Source of the DNA: Phototrophicaceae bacterium
Lineage (GTDB): Bacteria; Chloroflexota; Anaerolineae; Aggregatilineales; Phototrophicaceae
Assembly (NCBI GenBank): GCA_965208195.1
Contig: CBDBOC010000003.1
Span: 794,050 to 858,049, forward strand
Length of the DNA: 64,000 bases
Direction of reading: 5' to 3'
Position numbers and translations under genes: made by a program. Below the pieces are notes generated by a model. The model was not told the DNA's origin. It saw nothing but the letters and a program-made list of their open reading frames with translations, and did not search any database. Shown here one piece after another: positions 1-9,300 of the stretch (within the stretch, counting starts at the first letter, position 1; each line of letters begins with the position of its first letter).

Positions 1-326
1 CGCTACGATGGCTGCAACGGCATGGGGCATTGAGCCGCGAAGAAATTCAAGTAACGCCGAGGGCGGGTCGCGAGACTCGCCCTTTTTTGTTGCCTGGTGA
101 TCGAGGCATGGCAATTCATGTGGGTGAGCCGGCGAGCCGCGTCGGCCTGATGCAGAGCACGCAGCGATTTCCAAAGCCTTCCGCGCGTACGGGCGAGCCG
201 GTGGCTCGCCCCTACAGAATTCGACGGGGCGGGGGAGACTTACATCAGGCGGTGCAAGGTATTTGGCGTGGGCGGCGGCATTGCCGGGCATGAGGCTTCA
301 GGTTGCTACACTGACGGGCTGTCCGT

Positions 327-1265
327 TTACTGCCCGGTGACGGAAGCGACATCGCGGAAGATGTGGCGCAGGCGGGCGACGGCTGAGGGGTCAAGAGGCG
401 GGCGATTGAAGCTGGCCAGGTTGTGTTCCAGGTGCTGCGGGTTGCCAGTGCCGGAGAGGATGACGTGGGCGCCGGCTTCGGCCAGGCAGAAGCGATAGGC
501 GGCGTCGGGGATGCTTTCGGCAGCGCCACTTCGCACGAGAAAGCCGAGCGGATCTTCGGGGTCGATGTCGTTTCGCTCGAGTTCGCCGCTGTCTAACAGG
601 GATTGGACCGTAGCGCGCAGCTTGGCCGGCTGGCTGAGGGCGCGGCGCACGGCGAACATGATCAGCGTGCCAATGTCATGTTCCAGCGCCGGGCGCAAGA
701 CGGTCTCGCGCGCGGTCTGGTTCAGCAGATTGAAACCCACCATGACGACGTCAAAAACGCCGTCAGCCAGAGCGCGCCCCAGCATCGTGTGTTCCAGGTC
801 ATCGTTCCAGTGCTCGGTGACGCCGAGAAAACGGACAAGACCCTGGCGCTGCAAGTCTTGCATGGCGGGCACGATCTCCTGAAGATAGTAGTCGTACTGC
901 TCGGGGCGCAGGCCGTGCAGGTGGTAGATGTCAATGTAATCTGTGCGCAGTCGCCGCAAGCTGTCGTGCAGGCCGGCGCGCAGATCGGCCGCCGAGATAT
1001 TCTGGTTGCGCAGGCGTTTCTTGGTCGAGATGACGATGTTGCCGCGATCGCGCTGGGCGATAGCGGCGCCGACGATGCTCTCGGTGCCGTAGGCTTCGGC
1101 GGTATCGATGAAGTTGACGCCGGCGTCGAGCGCGCGCAGCACCAGCGCGACCGACTCGGCTTCCGTGCGCAGATTGTCGCGCTGGCCCAAGCGGCTGGGT
1201 CCGCCGGCGCCGATGCCCATGGCCGAGACACGTAAGCCGGTGCGGCCCAGCGTACGGTATTCCAT
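327..1265 (-). CDS. aldo/keto reductase family oxidoreductase
   Basis: 312-aa ORF with ATG at 1265. N-terminus MEYRTLGRTGLRVSAMGIG plus IDTAEAYG and IYHLHGL motifs are typical of AKR TIM-barrel reductases. Confidence 0.85.
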   Translation of the reverse strand: MEYRTLGRTGLRVSAMGIGAGGPSRLGQRDNLRTEAESVALVLRALDAGVNFIDTAEAYGTESIVGAAIAQRDRGNIVISTKKRLRNQNISAADLRAGLHDSLRRLRTDYIDIYHLHGLRPEQYDYYLQEIVPAMQDLQRQGLVRFLGVTEHWNDDLEHTMLGRALADGVFDVVMVGFNLLNQTARETVLRPALEHDIGTLIMFAVRRALSQPAKLRATVQSLLDSGELERNDIDPEDPLGFLVRSGAAESIPDAAYRFCLAEAGAHVILSGTGNPQHLEHNLASFNRPPLDPSAVARLRHIFRDVASVTGQ

Positions 1266-1342
1266 GACAGGTCCTCGTGATTGACTGTGAAATTCCGCCT
1301 TATTTTGCTGGCTGCCAGGCGCGAATGCGAGTGCGATTTGCG

Positions 1343-1370
1343 TTGGCAGGCTGGGGATGTCTGCTATAAT
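1343..1370 (+). promoter_or_regulatory. candidate sigma70-type promoter for the DUF1028 gene
   Basis: TTGGCA (1343-1348), 16-nt spacer, TATAAT (1365-1370), about 30 nt upstream of the ATG at 1400. An AGGGGA Shine-Dalgarno-like stretch lies in between. Confidence 0.35.
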
Positions 1371-1399
1371 CTGCGTTTCGCATAGGGGACAAGCAAGCC

Positions 1400-2272
1400 A
1401 TGCAGATCAACACATTTTCGATCGTGGCGCATTGCGTCGAAGAAGCGGCGTGGGGCGTGGCGGTCGCGAGCAAATTTCCGGCGGTGGGCGCGGTGGTGCC
1501 TTGGGCGGCGGCCGGAAGCGGCGCGGTGGCGACGCAATCATACGCCAAGTTGCCTTTTGGCCCCGACGGCTTGTCGCTGATGCGCGAAGGCATGACGGCG
1601 CGCGAGGCGCTCAGCCGCTTGTTGGCCGCCGATGAGGGGCGCGAGACACGTCAAGTGGCGCTGGTTGATGGCGCCGGCGGCGTGGCGGCCCATACCGGCA
1701 GTGAGTGCCACGAATGGGCGGGCCACAAGACGGGCGACGGCTTCAGCGTGCAGGGCAACTTGCTGGCCGGCGAGGCGGTCGTCAGTGGCATGGCGGCGAG
1801 CTTCGTCCGCGCCGAGGGCGAGCTGGCGGATCGGCTGGTGGCGGCGCTGCTGGCGGGCGAGCGGGCCGGTGGCGATCGGCGCGGCAAGCAATCGGCGGCT
1901 GTCTTGGTGGTGCGCCCGCAAGGCGGCTATGGCAACGACAACGATCGCTACCTCGACCTGCGCGTGGATGACGCCGACGAGCCGGTGCGCCAATTACAAG
2001 CGCTGGTAGGGCTGCATCACCTGTATTTTCAGCCGCCCCGGCCCGAAGACAGCCTGCCGATTGACGCCGACATCGCGCGCGAATTGCAGACGATGATGAT
2101 TGAGCAGGGCTATATGACCGGCGAGATCAACGGCGTCTGGGACGAAGTGTGTCAGCAAGTCTTCTGGCTGCTGATCGGCAACGAAAACCTCGAGATGCGC
2201 TGGACGCCCGAAGCCAATCGCCGCACAATCGACCGCATCGCGCTGGACTACCTGCGGGAGCGCTTTGGCTGA
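1400..2272 (+). CDS. DUF1028 (Ntn-hydrolase-like) protein with C-terminal peptidoglycan-binding-like domain
   Basis: 290 aa. N-terminal TFSIVAHC...GVAVASKF...VPWAAAGSGAVATQS matches my memory of the DUF1028 family. The C-terminal LQTMMIEQGYMTGEINGVWD resembles a PG_binding_1 repeat. Confidence 0.7.
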   Translation: MQINTFSIVAHCVEEAAWGVAVASKFPAVGAVVPWAAAGSGAVATQSYAKLPFGPDGLSLMREGMTAREALSRLLAADEGRETRQVALVDGAGGVAAHTGSECHEWAGHKTGDGFSVQGNLLAGEAVVSGMAASFVRAEGELADRLVAALLAGERAGGDRRGKQSAAVLVVRPQGGYGNDNDRYLDLRVDDADEPVRQLQALVGLHHLYFQPPRPEDSLPIDADIARELQTMMIEQGYMTGEINGVWDEVCQQVFWLLIGNENLEMRWTPEANRRTIDRIALDYLRERFG

Positions 2273-3734
2273 GGGTCAGTCGCGGCCGGATCGCGGGCTG
2301 CGCCGGCTCATCCCGCGTCTGGCGCTGATTCTGCTGGCGAGCTGGCTGCAATTCCATCACACGGCGCGCGATCAACGCTTGCACCCTGACGAAGCGCACT
2401 TTCTGACCTTCGCTCGCGGCGCAGCGGTGCCGGGCGATTGGCTGCTGCCGGGGGCGCTGGACAAGCCGCCGCTGTCACTATACCTCGGAGCTTTGAGTTT
2501 TGTCGCTGTGGGCGTGGTGGCTGATGAGGCCGGCGTCTTGCATTTGGATGGGCGCGCGGGTGAGTTCGCCGGGCGCTTGCCCAACGCGCTGCTGGCGATT
2601 CTATTGGTGGCGCTGATGCTGCGTCTGGCGCGGCGGCTTTACCGGCGCGAATCGGCGGCCCTGCTCGCTAGCCTCATGACGGCGACATCGCCCTTTTTGC
2701 TGGCTTTTGGCGCGTCCGCCTTCACCGATATCAGCTTGTTATTCTGGAGCCTGGCCGCGTTAATGTTGGCGCTGGAGCGGCGCTTTGCCTTCGCCGGCAT
2801 CGCGCTGGGCCTGGCATTTTGGAGCAAACAGCAGGCGGTCTTCTTTGTGCCTCTGGTCATGGCATTGCTCGCCATGCACTGTTCCGGTGGGCGCAAGTGG
2901 AGTCGCTTTGCGCTGCCGCTGGCGGTCGTCTGTGGCGGGCTGCTGCTCTGGGACGCCGCGCGGCCCGAGGCGAGCATCTTTGCGCTGGCGGCGGCCAATA
3001 ATGCGCCGGCTGAGTTTGTGGCGCCGCCGTCGACCTGGCTGCCTCGCCTGTCGCAATGGCTATCGTGGAGCCTGTGGCTGCTGGGCCCGCCGCTAGTGAC
3101 AGTCGGCGTCATGGCGCTGGCGGTTGGCGCTCATCGTGGCGGGCGTCAGGCCGGCGAGGCGCGCTCTCTTGAACTGATCTTCCTGGGCTACAGCGCCATT
3201 TACGTGCTGGCGCATGTCGTGTTCAGCTTCAATCTTTATGACCGCTATCTGCTGCCGCTGCTGCCGCTGCTGATTCTGCCGCTGGCCGGTGCACTGGCGT
3301 CGCTGATTGCAATCGGCGGCCGGCGCAAGAGCCTGGCCCTGGCCTGTGCCCTCGCGCTGCTGCTCGGCGCGGGCTGGTCGCTGCAGCACGGGGCGCCCAT
3401 CGGCGGCGGTGTGGGCGCGCGGCACGGCATCGACGAGCTGGCGGATTATCTCAACAGCAAGCCGGTGGCGACCGTGATCTACGACCCCTGGTTGGGCTGG
3501 GAGCTCGGCTATTATCTGGGCGTTTGGCATGACAAGCGACGCGTGCACTATCCCACGGCGGCGGCGCTGGTTGAGGGCGCGCTGGCCTTGGACGAGCACG
3601 GTGAGCGTTACTTCGTGGCGCCGCTGGATCAGCCGCACGACGACTGGCTGGCGGCGCTGGACGAAGCCGGCTTCGGCGTCACCCGCGATTATCAGCGGGA
3701 CGGGCTGGCGGTATATCGGCTGAGGCCCCCATGA
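2265..3734 (+). CDS. GT-C fold membrane glycosyltransferase (GT39/PMT_2, ArnT-like)
   Basis: 489 aa and polytopic. It has an early PDEAHFLTFARG loop motif and many TM segments. The TTG start at 2265 overlaps the upstream stop, so the start is uncertain. Confidence 0.65.
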   Translation: MAEGQSRPDRGLRRLIPRLALILLASWLQFHHTARDQRLHPDEAHFLTFARGAAVPGDWLLPGALDKPPLSLYLGALSFVAVGVVADEAGVLHLDGRAGEFAGRLPNALLAILLVALMLRLARRLYRRESAALLASLMTATSPFLLAFGASAFTDISLLFWSLAALMLALERRFAFAGIALGLAFWSKQQAVFFVPLVMALLAMHCSGGRKWSRFALPLAVVCGGLLLWDAARPEASIFALAAANNAPAEFVAPPSTWLPRLSQWLSWSLWLLGPPLVTVGVMALAVGAHRGGRQAGEARSLELIFLGYSAIYVLAHVVFSFNLYDRYLLPLLPLLILPLAGALASLIAIGGRRKSLALACALALLLGAGWSLQHGAPIGGGVGARHGIDELADYLNSKPVATVIYDPWLGWELGYYLGVWHDKRRVHYPTAAALVEGALALDEHGERYFVAPLDQPHDDWLAALDEAGFGVTRDYQRDGLAVYRLRPP

Positions 3735-3750
3735 GCGCGCTCTGCACAGG

Positions 3751-3790
3751 TTCATCACCACAGAGAACTCCGAGGCACAGAGAATTGTTG
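3751..3790 (+). repeat. CACMGAG-type short intergenic repeat copy
   Basis: ttcatcaccacagagaactccgaggcacagagaattgttg belongs to the same heptamer-rich family seen at 20101, 21131, 37260, 38571, 42686, 50822 and 55783. Confidence 0.6.
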
Positions 3791-3903
3791 GTCGCTTCCC
3801 ATCCTTGGCGCTGAGAGGCAAGCCGCCTCTACCCCAATTATTGTGGGTTTTTCCGCTGAGGCTTTCTCTATACTAGAGATATGTAAGGAAGGGGGCGGCG
3901 ACG

Positions 3904-4077
3904 ATGGGATGTCTGGTATTATTGATATTAGCGTTTATCTTCCGCGGCGCTATTTTGGGCGCGCTGGGCTTGCTGATCGGCCTCGTGGTCGCTGTACTGT
4001 CGCTGCTGCTCAGTCTGGGGCTGTGGGGGCTGATCGCGATCATCGTGATTTGCGCGCTAGCCGCGGCATTTGAATGA
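3904..4077 (+). CDS. small hydrophobic membrane protein (57 aa), not in the ORF track because it is under 60 aa
   Basis: ATG at 3904 to TGA at 4075-4077 encodes MGCLVLLILAFIFRGAILGALGLLIGLVVAVLSLLLSLGLWGLIAIIVICALAAAFE. It has two TM-like stretches and G/C-rich third positions, and ends just upstream of the NfeD gene. Confidence 0.4.
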   Translation: MGCLVLLILAFIFRGAILGALGLLIGLVVAVLSLLLSLGLWGLIAIIVICALAAAFE

Positions 4078-4087
4078 GGGCGGGCTT

Positions 4088-4702
4088 ATGGAGTTTCTGC
4101 AAGATCCCAACCTGATCTACCTGCTGCTGATGGCCGGGCTTTGGACCAGCGCGATCGGCGCCTACATCCCGGGCACGGGCGTCGCCGAGGTTGCCGGCGC
4201 TGGCTTAATCTTGGGCACGGTGTATCTGCTGAGCCTGGTGGCGGCCAACTGGCTCGCTGTGATCGCGCTGGTGGCCGGGGCGTCGCTCTTCTTTCTGCTG
4301 CCGCTGCTCAAAGCCGAGTGGGAGCCTTTCGCCATCGCCGGGTTGGCGGCCCAGGCCATCGCCAGCTTCTTCCTCTTCGCCGATGCTAGCGTATCGCCGG
4401 TGCTGATCGCCATCGGCGTCTTGCTCGGCTGGGCTTACCATCGCACGATTCTGCGCTCCATCCTCAAGCAGCAGCGGCAGTTGTCATCAACGCAGAAAGA
4501 CGAATTCTTGGTGGGGGCGCGCGGACGGGTGATGGCGCCGATCGAAGAGCGCGGCACAGTGCAAGTCCGTGGTGAGCTGTGGACGGCGCGCAGCCGGGCA
4601 AGGCTCGAAAGCGGGACCGAGATTGTGGTGACGCAGCAAGATGGGCTGGAGCTGCATGTGGAGAAAGCCAAACGGGAAGAGACCGAAGAGCGGCGCGGAT
4701 AA
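4088..4702 (+). CDS. NfeD-family membrane protein
   Basis: Membrane N-terminal half and a C-terminal OB-like segment GTVQVRGELWTARS. It lies immediately upstream of an SPFH gene, the classical nfeD-stomatin operon. I prefer the ATG at 4088 over the TTG at 4070. Confidence 0.8.
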   Translation: MEFLQDPNLIYLLLMAGLWTSAIGAYIPGTGVAEVAGAGLILGTVYLLSLVAANWLAVIALVAGASLFFLLPLLKAEWEPFAIAGLAAQAIASFFLFADASVSPVLIAIGVLLGWAYHRTILRSILKQQRQLSSTQKDEFLVGARGRVMAPIEERGTVQVRGELWTARSRARLESGTEIVVTQQDGLELHVEKAKREETEERRG

Positions 4703-4744
4703 TCGCGTCGGCATGAAAAGCGCAGAGCGCGAGAGGAGAAGGAC

Positions 4745-5737
4745 ATGAATACGGATTTGACAAGCGCATTGAGCGCGGGCGGGCAGGGGGTGCTGGTTGT
4801 CATCATCGTGCTGGCGGTGGTGATGCTGCTGCGTAGCACCATACGCGCGGTCAAGGAATACGACCGCCTGGTCATCTTCTTTATCGGGCGCTTCAGCAGC
4901 GTGCGCGGGCCCGGGCTGACCTTCGTCATCCCCTTCGTTGAAAATGCGATCCGCGTCGACATGCGCGAACGCATCATCGACATCCCATCGCAGACGGCCA
5001 TCACCAAGGACAACGCCTCCATCGGCATCGATTTCCTCGTCTACTATCGCATCACGGATCCGGAATTGTCGGTGACCAAGGTGGGCAACGTGGTCGATGC
5101 CACCGGCAAGATCGCCACCACGACGCTGCGCGCGGTCATCGGCGACATCGTGCTGGACGATGTGCTTTCGCGGCGCGACCAGATCAACGATGTGCTGCGC
5201 GTCAAGCTGGACGAGACGACCGAGCGCTGGGGCATGAAAATCACCACCGTCGAAATCCGCGAGATTGAGCCGCCGCGCGCCATTCAGGACGCCATGAACC
5301 GGCAGATGAGCGCCGAGCGCGATCGCCGCGCCGAGGTCACGCTGGCCGAGGGCGAGCGTCAAGCGGCCATTGAGCGCGCCGAGGGCAGCAAGCAATCGGC
5401 CATCCTGGAAGCCGAGGGCAAGAAGCAGTCGCAGATCCTGGAAGCCGAGGGCCAGCGCCAGGCGCAGATGCTGAAGGCCGAGGGCTATGCCATGGCGCTG
5501 AAAGCCATCCATGAACAAGCGCGCGCTGTCGACGGCAAGACGATGGCGCTGCAATACATGGAGACGCTGGAGAAAGTCGGCAGCAGCCCGTCGACCAAGT
5601 TCGTCATGCCGATGGAGCTGACGAGCATGGTGCAAGGCATCGCCGGGGCGATGGGCGCGGGCGCGGCGCCAGCTTCGACTGGTAACGGCGCTGACTCCGC
5701 CGAGACGGAAGCGGTGGTCGAGGCGGTGGCGCGGTAG
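4745..5737 (+). CDS. SPFH/band-7 (stomatin-like) protein
   Basis: 330 aa. N-terminal TM followed by VKEYDRLVIFFIGRFSSVRGPGLTFVIPFVE, an SPFH core and a coiled-coil AEGxxQ repeat tail. A strong GAGAGGAGAAGG ribosome-binding site is present. Confidence 0.9.
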   Translation: MNTDLTSALSAGGQGVLVVIIVLAVVMLLRSTIRAVKEYDRLVIFFIGRFSSVRGPGLTFVIPFVENAIRVDMRERIIDIPSQTAITKDNASIGIDFLVYYRITDPELSVTKVGNVVDATGKIATTTLRAVIGDIVLDDVLSRRDQINDVLRVKLDETTERWGMKITTVEIREIEPPRAIQDAMNRQMSAERDRRAEVTLAEGERQAAIERAEGSKQSAILEAEGKKQSQILEAEGQRQAQMLKAEGYAMALKAIHEQARAVDGKTMALQYMETLEKVGSSPSTKFVMPMELTSMVQGIAGAMGAGAAPASTGNGADSAETEAVVEAVAR

Positions 5738-5784
5738 GGTTCTGCCCGCCACGCGTAAAATACCTCGCCCTCTCCGTTGAATGC

Positions 5785-5842
5785 TGTAGGGGCGTGCCTC
5801 CGGCTAGCCCGTACGCATTGCGGGCCCTGGCCCGCCCCTACA
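5785..5842. repeat. TGTAGGGGCG-type hairpin repeat (composite copy)
   Basis: tgtaggggcgtgcctccggctagcccgtacg...cgggccctggcccgcccctaca shares the TGTAGGGGCG / CGCCCCTACA boxes with the copies at 186, 15101, 20137, 21231, 44450 and 60984. Confidence 0.55.
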
Positions 5843-6303
5843 CGGCTTGCCTCACAGCGTCCCAACTCATCACCATTGCGCCAAAACCGCGAACATTTGT
5901 ACACCACCCACACAGCTATACCTGCTATCATGCTCACAGACTGCGCCTTAACAACCACGCGTCACCGGCGGCCGGACACAAAAACAGGTTTTATGTCCGA
6001 AAAAACTTTTCCGTCGGACATAAAACTGACATTGCCGCGCCACGCTGCTGCGCGGGGCGGGCAAACGGGTGGCATTCGGCGGGAACTAAGGGGGCGCAAA
6101 GGGGCTGATGGGGCTGACCCAGGGCGAACCACGGCGAAATCGTCTTGTGACCGAGGGTGGCTCAAGCGGGGATCGAGCGCAACCTGAGGGGGAATTGAGC
6201 GTGAGACGAGGGGGCGAAATGCCATCGCCGCGTATGTGGACCGGACAAGCTTGGCATGAAGCCGCGTCGGCGCGGGCGCATTACGCTGTCGCGTCTACAG
6301 GTT

Positions 6304-9300
6304 TCAGTCGAGCGTGATTTCCCAGGCAGTGACGCTGATGATGACGCCATCCTTGACGAAGATGACTGGCTCGACGGCGGCATCAGCCGGAACAAAGTCG
6401 ATGGCGTCGCCCACTTGAGCATCGTTGAAGTAAGCGCTGACGGCGCCGGAGGCTGGGTCGCGCTGCAGGCGCAAGCGCGTGATCAGATTGTTGACGGCGC
6501 GCTGGCTGATGACATCGGCTTGGCCATCGACGACCAGCGCCAGGCTGATGACGTCGGGCGCTTCTTGCTGGATTTGCAGCCCGGCGCTACGCTCGCCGGT
6601 GGCGCCTTGCAGCAAAACGCCGAAATAGACCGCGTCATCGTCGGCCAGGGCGGGGTTGGCGCTGTGCAGCGCGAGTTCGGCTTCGAGGCGGGCGATGCGT
6701 CGCGAGGCTGTGGCGCCGTATGTGCTATCGAGCAAGTCGGCTGATGGCGCGAGCCGGATCGTCTCGCCGTCGGAGGCGTCGGCCATGCCCAAACGCCAGG
6801 ATGCGTCGGACGGGCTGAAATGCTCGGCGTCCCAATCCGCCGCGTCGCGATACAGCGCCAGCAGATTCTGCGCGCCGGTCAAGCCTTCCGGCGGCAGGAT
6901 GGCCGTCGGCAGAAGAGCGCGGTCAGGCGCTTCAGTAGGCGGGGCCGTCAGCTGGGGCGCCTCTGTAGCGGCTGGCGCCGGTTCGGGCGCTTGATCGAGG
7001 GCGCTGTCATCGGCGGCTGGCGCTGCCTCGGCATCCTCAGCGGACGACGCTTCGGCATCAGCCTCGACGCCCTCGGCGGGGTCATCGGCATCGGCCGCGG
7101 GCGCTGCGGTTGCGGCGGGGGCGAGCGCGGCCAGCATGTCTTGCAGGTTGCCGCTGTTCGCCAGCGACAGCAAACCGCCGAGTATCAGCAGGACGCCGAG
7201 CAGGGCAGCGATGTTGAATAGCCAGCCTCTGTCGCCAGACTTCGACGCCTGGCTCTCGTCTTGGGGCGCGGTTTCTTCGCCCTTCCAGGCGTGCTCGCCG
7301 GCCGGCGCGGTCACTGCAGCCGGCTCAAGCGGCGCCGGCGCTTCGGGTTCGGGCGGCTCTTCGGGCAATGCCTCGACCTGGCGGTACCAGTGGCGGAAGA
7401 GCGGGTAAGCCGGGTGGCGGTCGATGAACATGTCTTTCAAGAGCTCATCCATGTGGTCGAGCTTTTCGCCCCGCCGTTTGTCGCCGCTGTACGCGCTGTG
7501 GAAGGCTTCGTAAGTATCGCGCCAGCCCAGCATCATTTGGGCTGTCTTGTAGCCGAGCAGGTCCTCGGTGATATCGGCCTGGGCGTGGATGGCCTCGCGG
7601 ATGGCGGGCGGCGGGATATCGGGCTGGCGGTCGATCTCGTTGAGCAGGTTGCGCCGCTTGACGCTCAATTCCGCCAGCGCCGCTTGCAGCTCCATCAGCC
7701 AGGCGCGGTAGGCCGGCAGCTTGATGCTGGCGTTGGATTCGACTTCGGTGATGCCGCGCAGGGCTTGCTCGATTTTGTTGCCAGCGGCGCGGAATTCGGC
7801 ATCGGCCCAATCGGCCACGGCCGATTCGAAGGCGCGCAGGCTCTGAACGCCCGAGACCAGCAGGCGCGCCTGCGGGTTATGCTCGAGGCGCCGCGCGATT
7901 TCGCCCAGGCTGTCGACGATCTGCGGGCCGGTGACATCGTTGAGGTTGGACTGCGCGGCCAGCAAGTGGCGGCGTTTCTGGGTGATTTCGGTCAGCTTCT
8001 GCGTGGCGATGTGGCGCTCGGCGGCCTCAGGCAGGGCGCGCAGGGCAGCCGCGTGCCAGAAGCCGGCATCGTCGATGGCGCCGTCGTGGGCGTCCAGTAC
8101 GCCGGACAGAATATATTGCGCGTAGAGGATGCGCAGCGCGGCGGTGTTGCTGTTGCCGAGGGCGCTGACCAAGCCCTGCCCCATGGCTTTGAGGTAGGTT
8201 TCGGTGCTGGGCATTTGGGTGGCGAAGCTGTTGATAGCGCGGTTTTCGGCGTCTGTGAAGAGGTCTTCTATTTCGAGCAGCGCTTTTTCGCTGCGGTCTT
8301 CGCTTTCGGCGCCGTTGCGTTCGACCCAATCCCTCACGATGCGCGAAAGCCGCCAGAGACGCTCGGCGATGAATTGCTCGCTGTCATTGCGGGCGATCTC
8401 CAGGGCTTGTTGGCCCAGGCGCTGCGCATCGGCCAGCTGACCGCGATCAAAGGCGGCCCAGCCATCGGCCAGCGTCCGCCCCAGGTGCCCAGGCACGGAA
8501 TGGCGCTCGACATAATTGGCGTTTTCGACGACGCTGCGCAGCTGGTTGAACCAGTTGGAAAGGGTCGGGCTGATGGCGCTGACGGCGCTGCCGGCGTCGG
8601 TCAAGACGCGGACCGCTTCGGTCTTGTCGCCGGCGATGACCACATCGCGATAGCGCGCCCAAGCGGCCCCCGCGCTCTCCAGGCCGTCGAGCATGGCTGT
8701 CAGCGAGTCGTCGAATAGCATGCCGGCGAAAGGCGAAAGGTCGTCGCGGCGCTCGCTCAGCCAGGACTCAACATCGGAGCCGTCGGCCGCTGGCACGAAG
8801 GTCTGGCTGCTCTTCAATAATTCGTAGAGCAGGCTGAGGGAGTCTTCGATTGTGTCCCAGACGGGGTTGGGCGGGTCGATGGCGCGGCTGGCATCCAGGG
8901 CGGCCAGGGCCTCGCGCGGGTTCCCGGCGGCTTGCTTGCCGATGACGCGCATATTGTCGGCCAGGGCCTTGGCGGCGTTTAGCGCGCGGGCCAGGGCGTT
9001 GAGCGGCAGGCGACGCTCGGAGAATTCATGCTGTAGGCTGAGGGCCTGCAAGTTGGCGTGGAGGGCGCTCAAGCTGTCGACGACATCGCCATAGATATCG
9101 CGCATGGCGCCGGCGCCGGGCTTGGGCAATTGCAGCGCGCTTTCCAGCGAGCGGCGGACGGCGGCGAGGATGTCGCGCGCTTCGTCAACGGGAATGCCGT
9201 CGGCTTCCAATTGGCGCAGGGCTGCGTCGAGCCGGCGCAGGTTGGGCTGCAGCAGCAAGACAGCGGGGAAATGCGCCGAGACGCGCTCGGCCAATTGCAG

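Noticed and set aside
3843-4073. 76-aa ORF from the track upstream of nfeD
   Set aside because: The translation (…GRAGLADRPRGRCTVAAAQSGAVGADRDHRDLRASRGI) looks like an off-frame product. The overlapping 57-aa hydrophobic ORF in the other frame is more plausible.
4487-5752. 421-aa minus-strand ORF antisense to the SPFH gene. The same applies to similar long antisense ORFs at 7261-8718, 9058-9954, 12471-13727, 19041-20090, 21225-21884, 25270-27993, 30513-32699, 34137-35618, 42975-44270, 44410-45714, 48523-49779 and 52826-53920.
   Set aside because: These are Arg/Gly/His/Ala-rich, low-complexity translations that lie opposite genes with clear family matches. That is typical of shadow ORFs in high-G+C DNA, and none has a recognisable motif.
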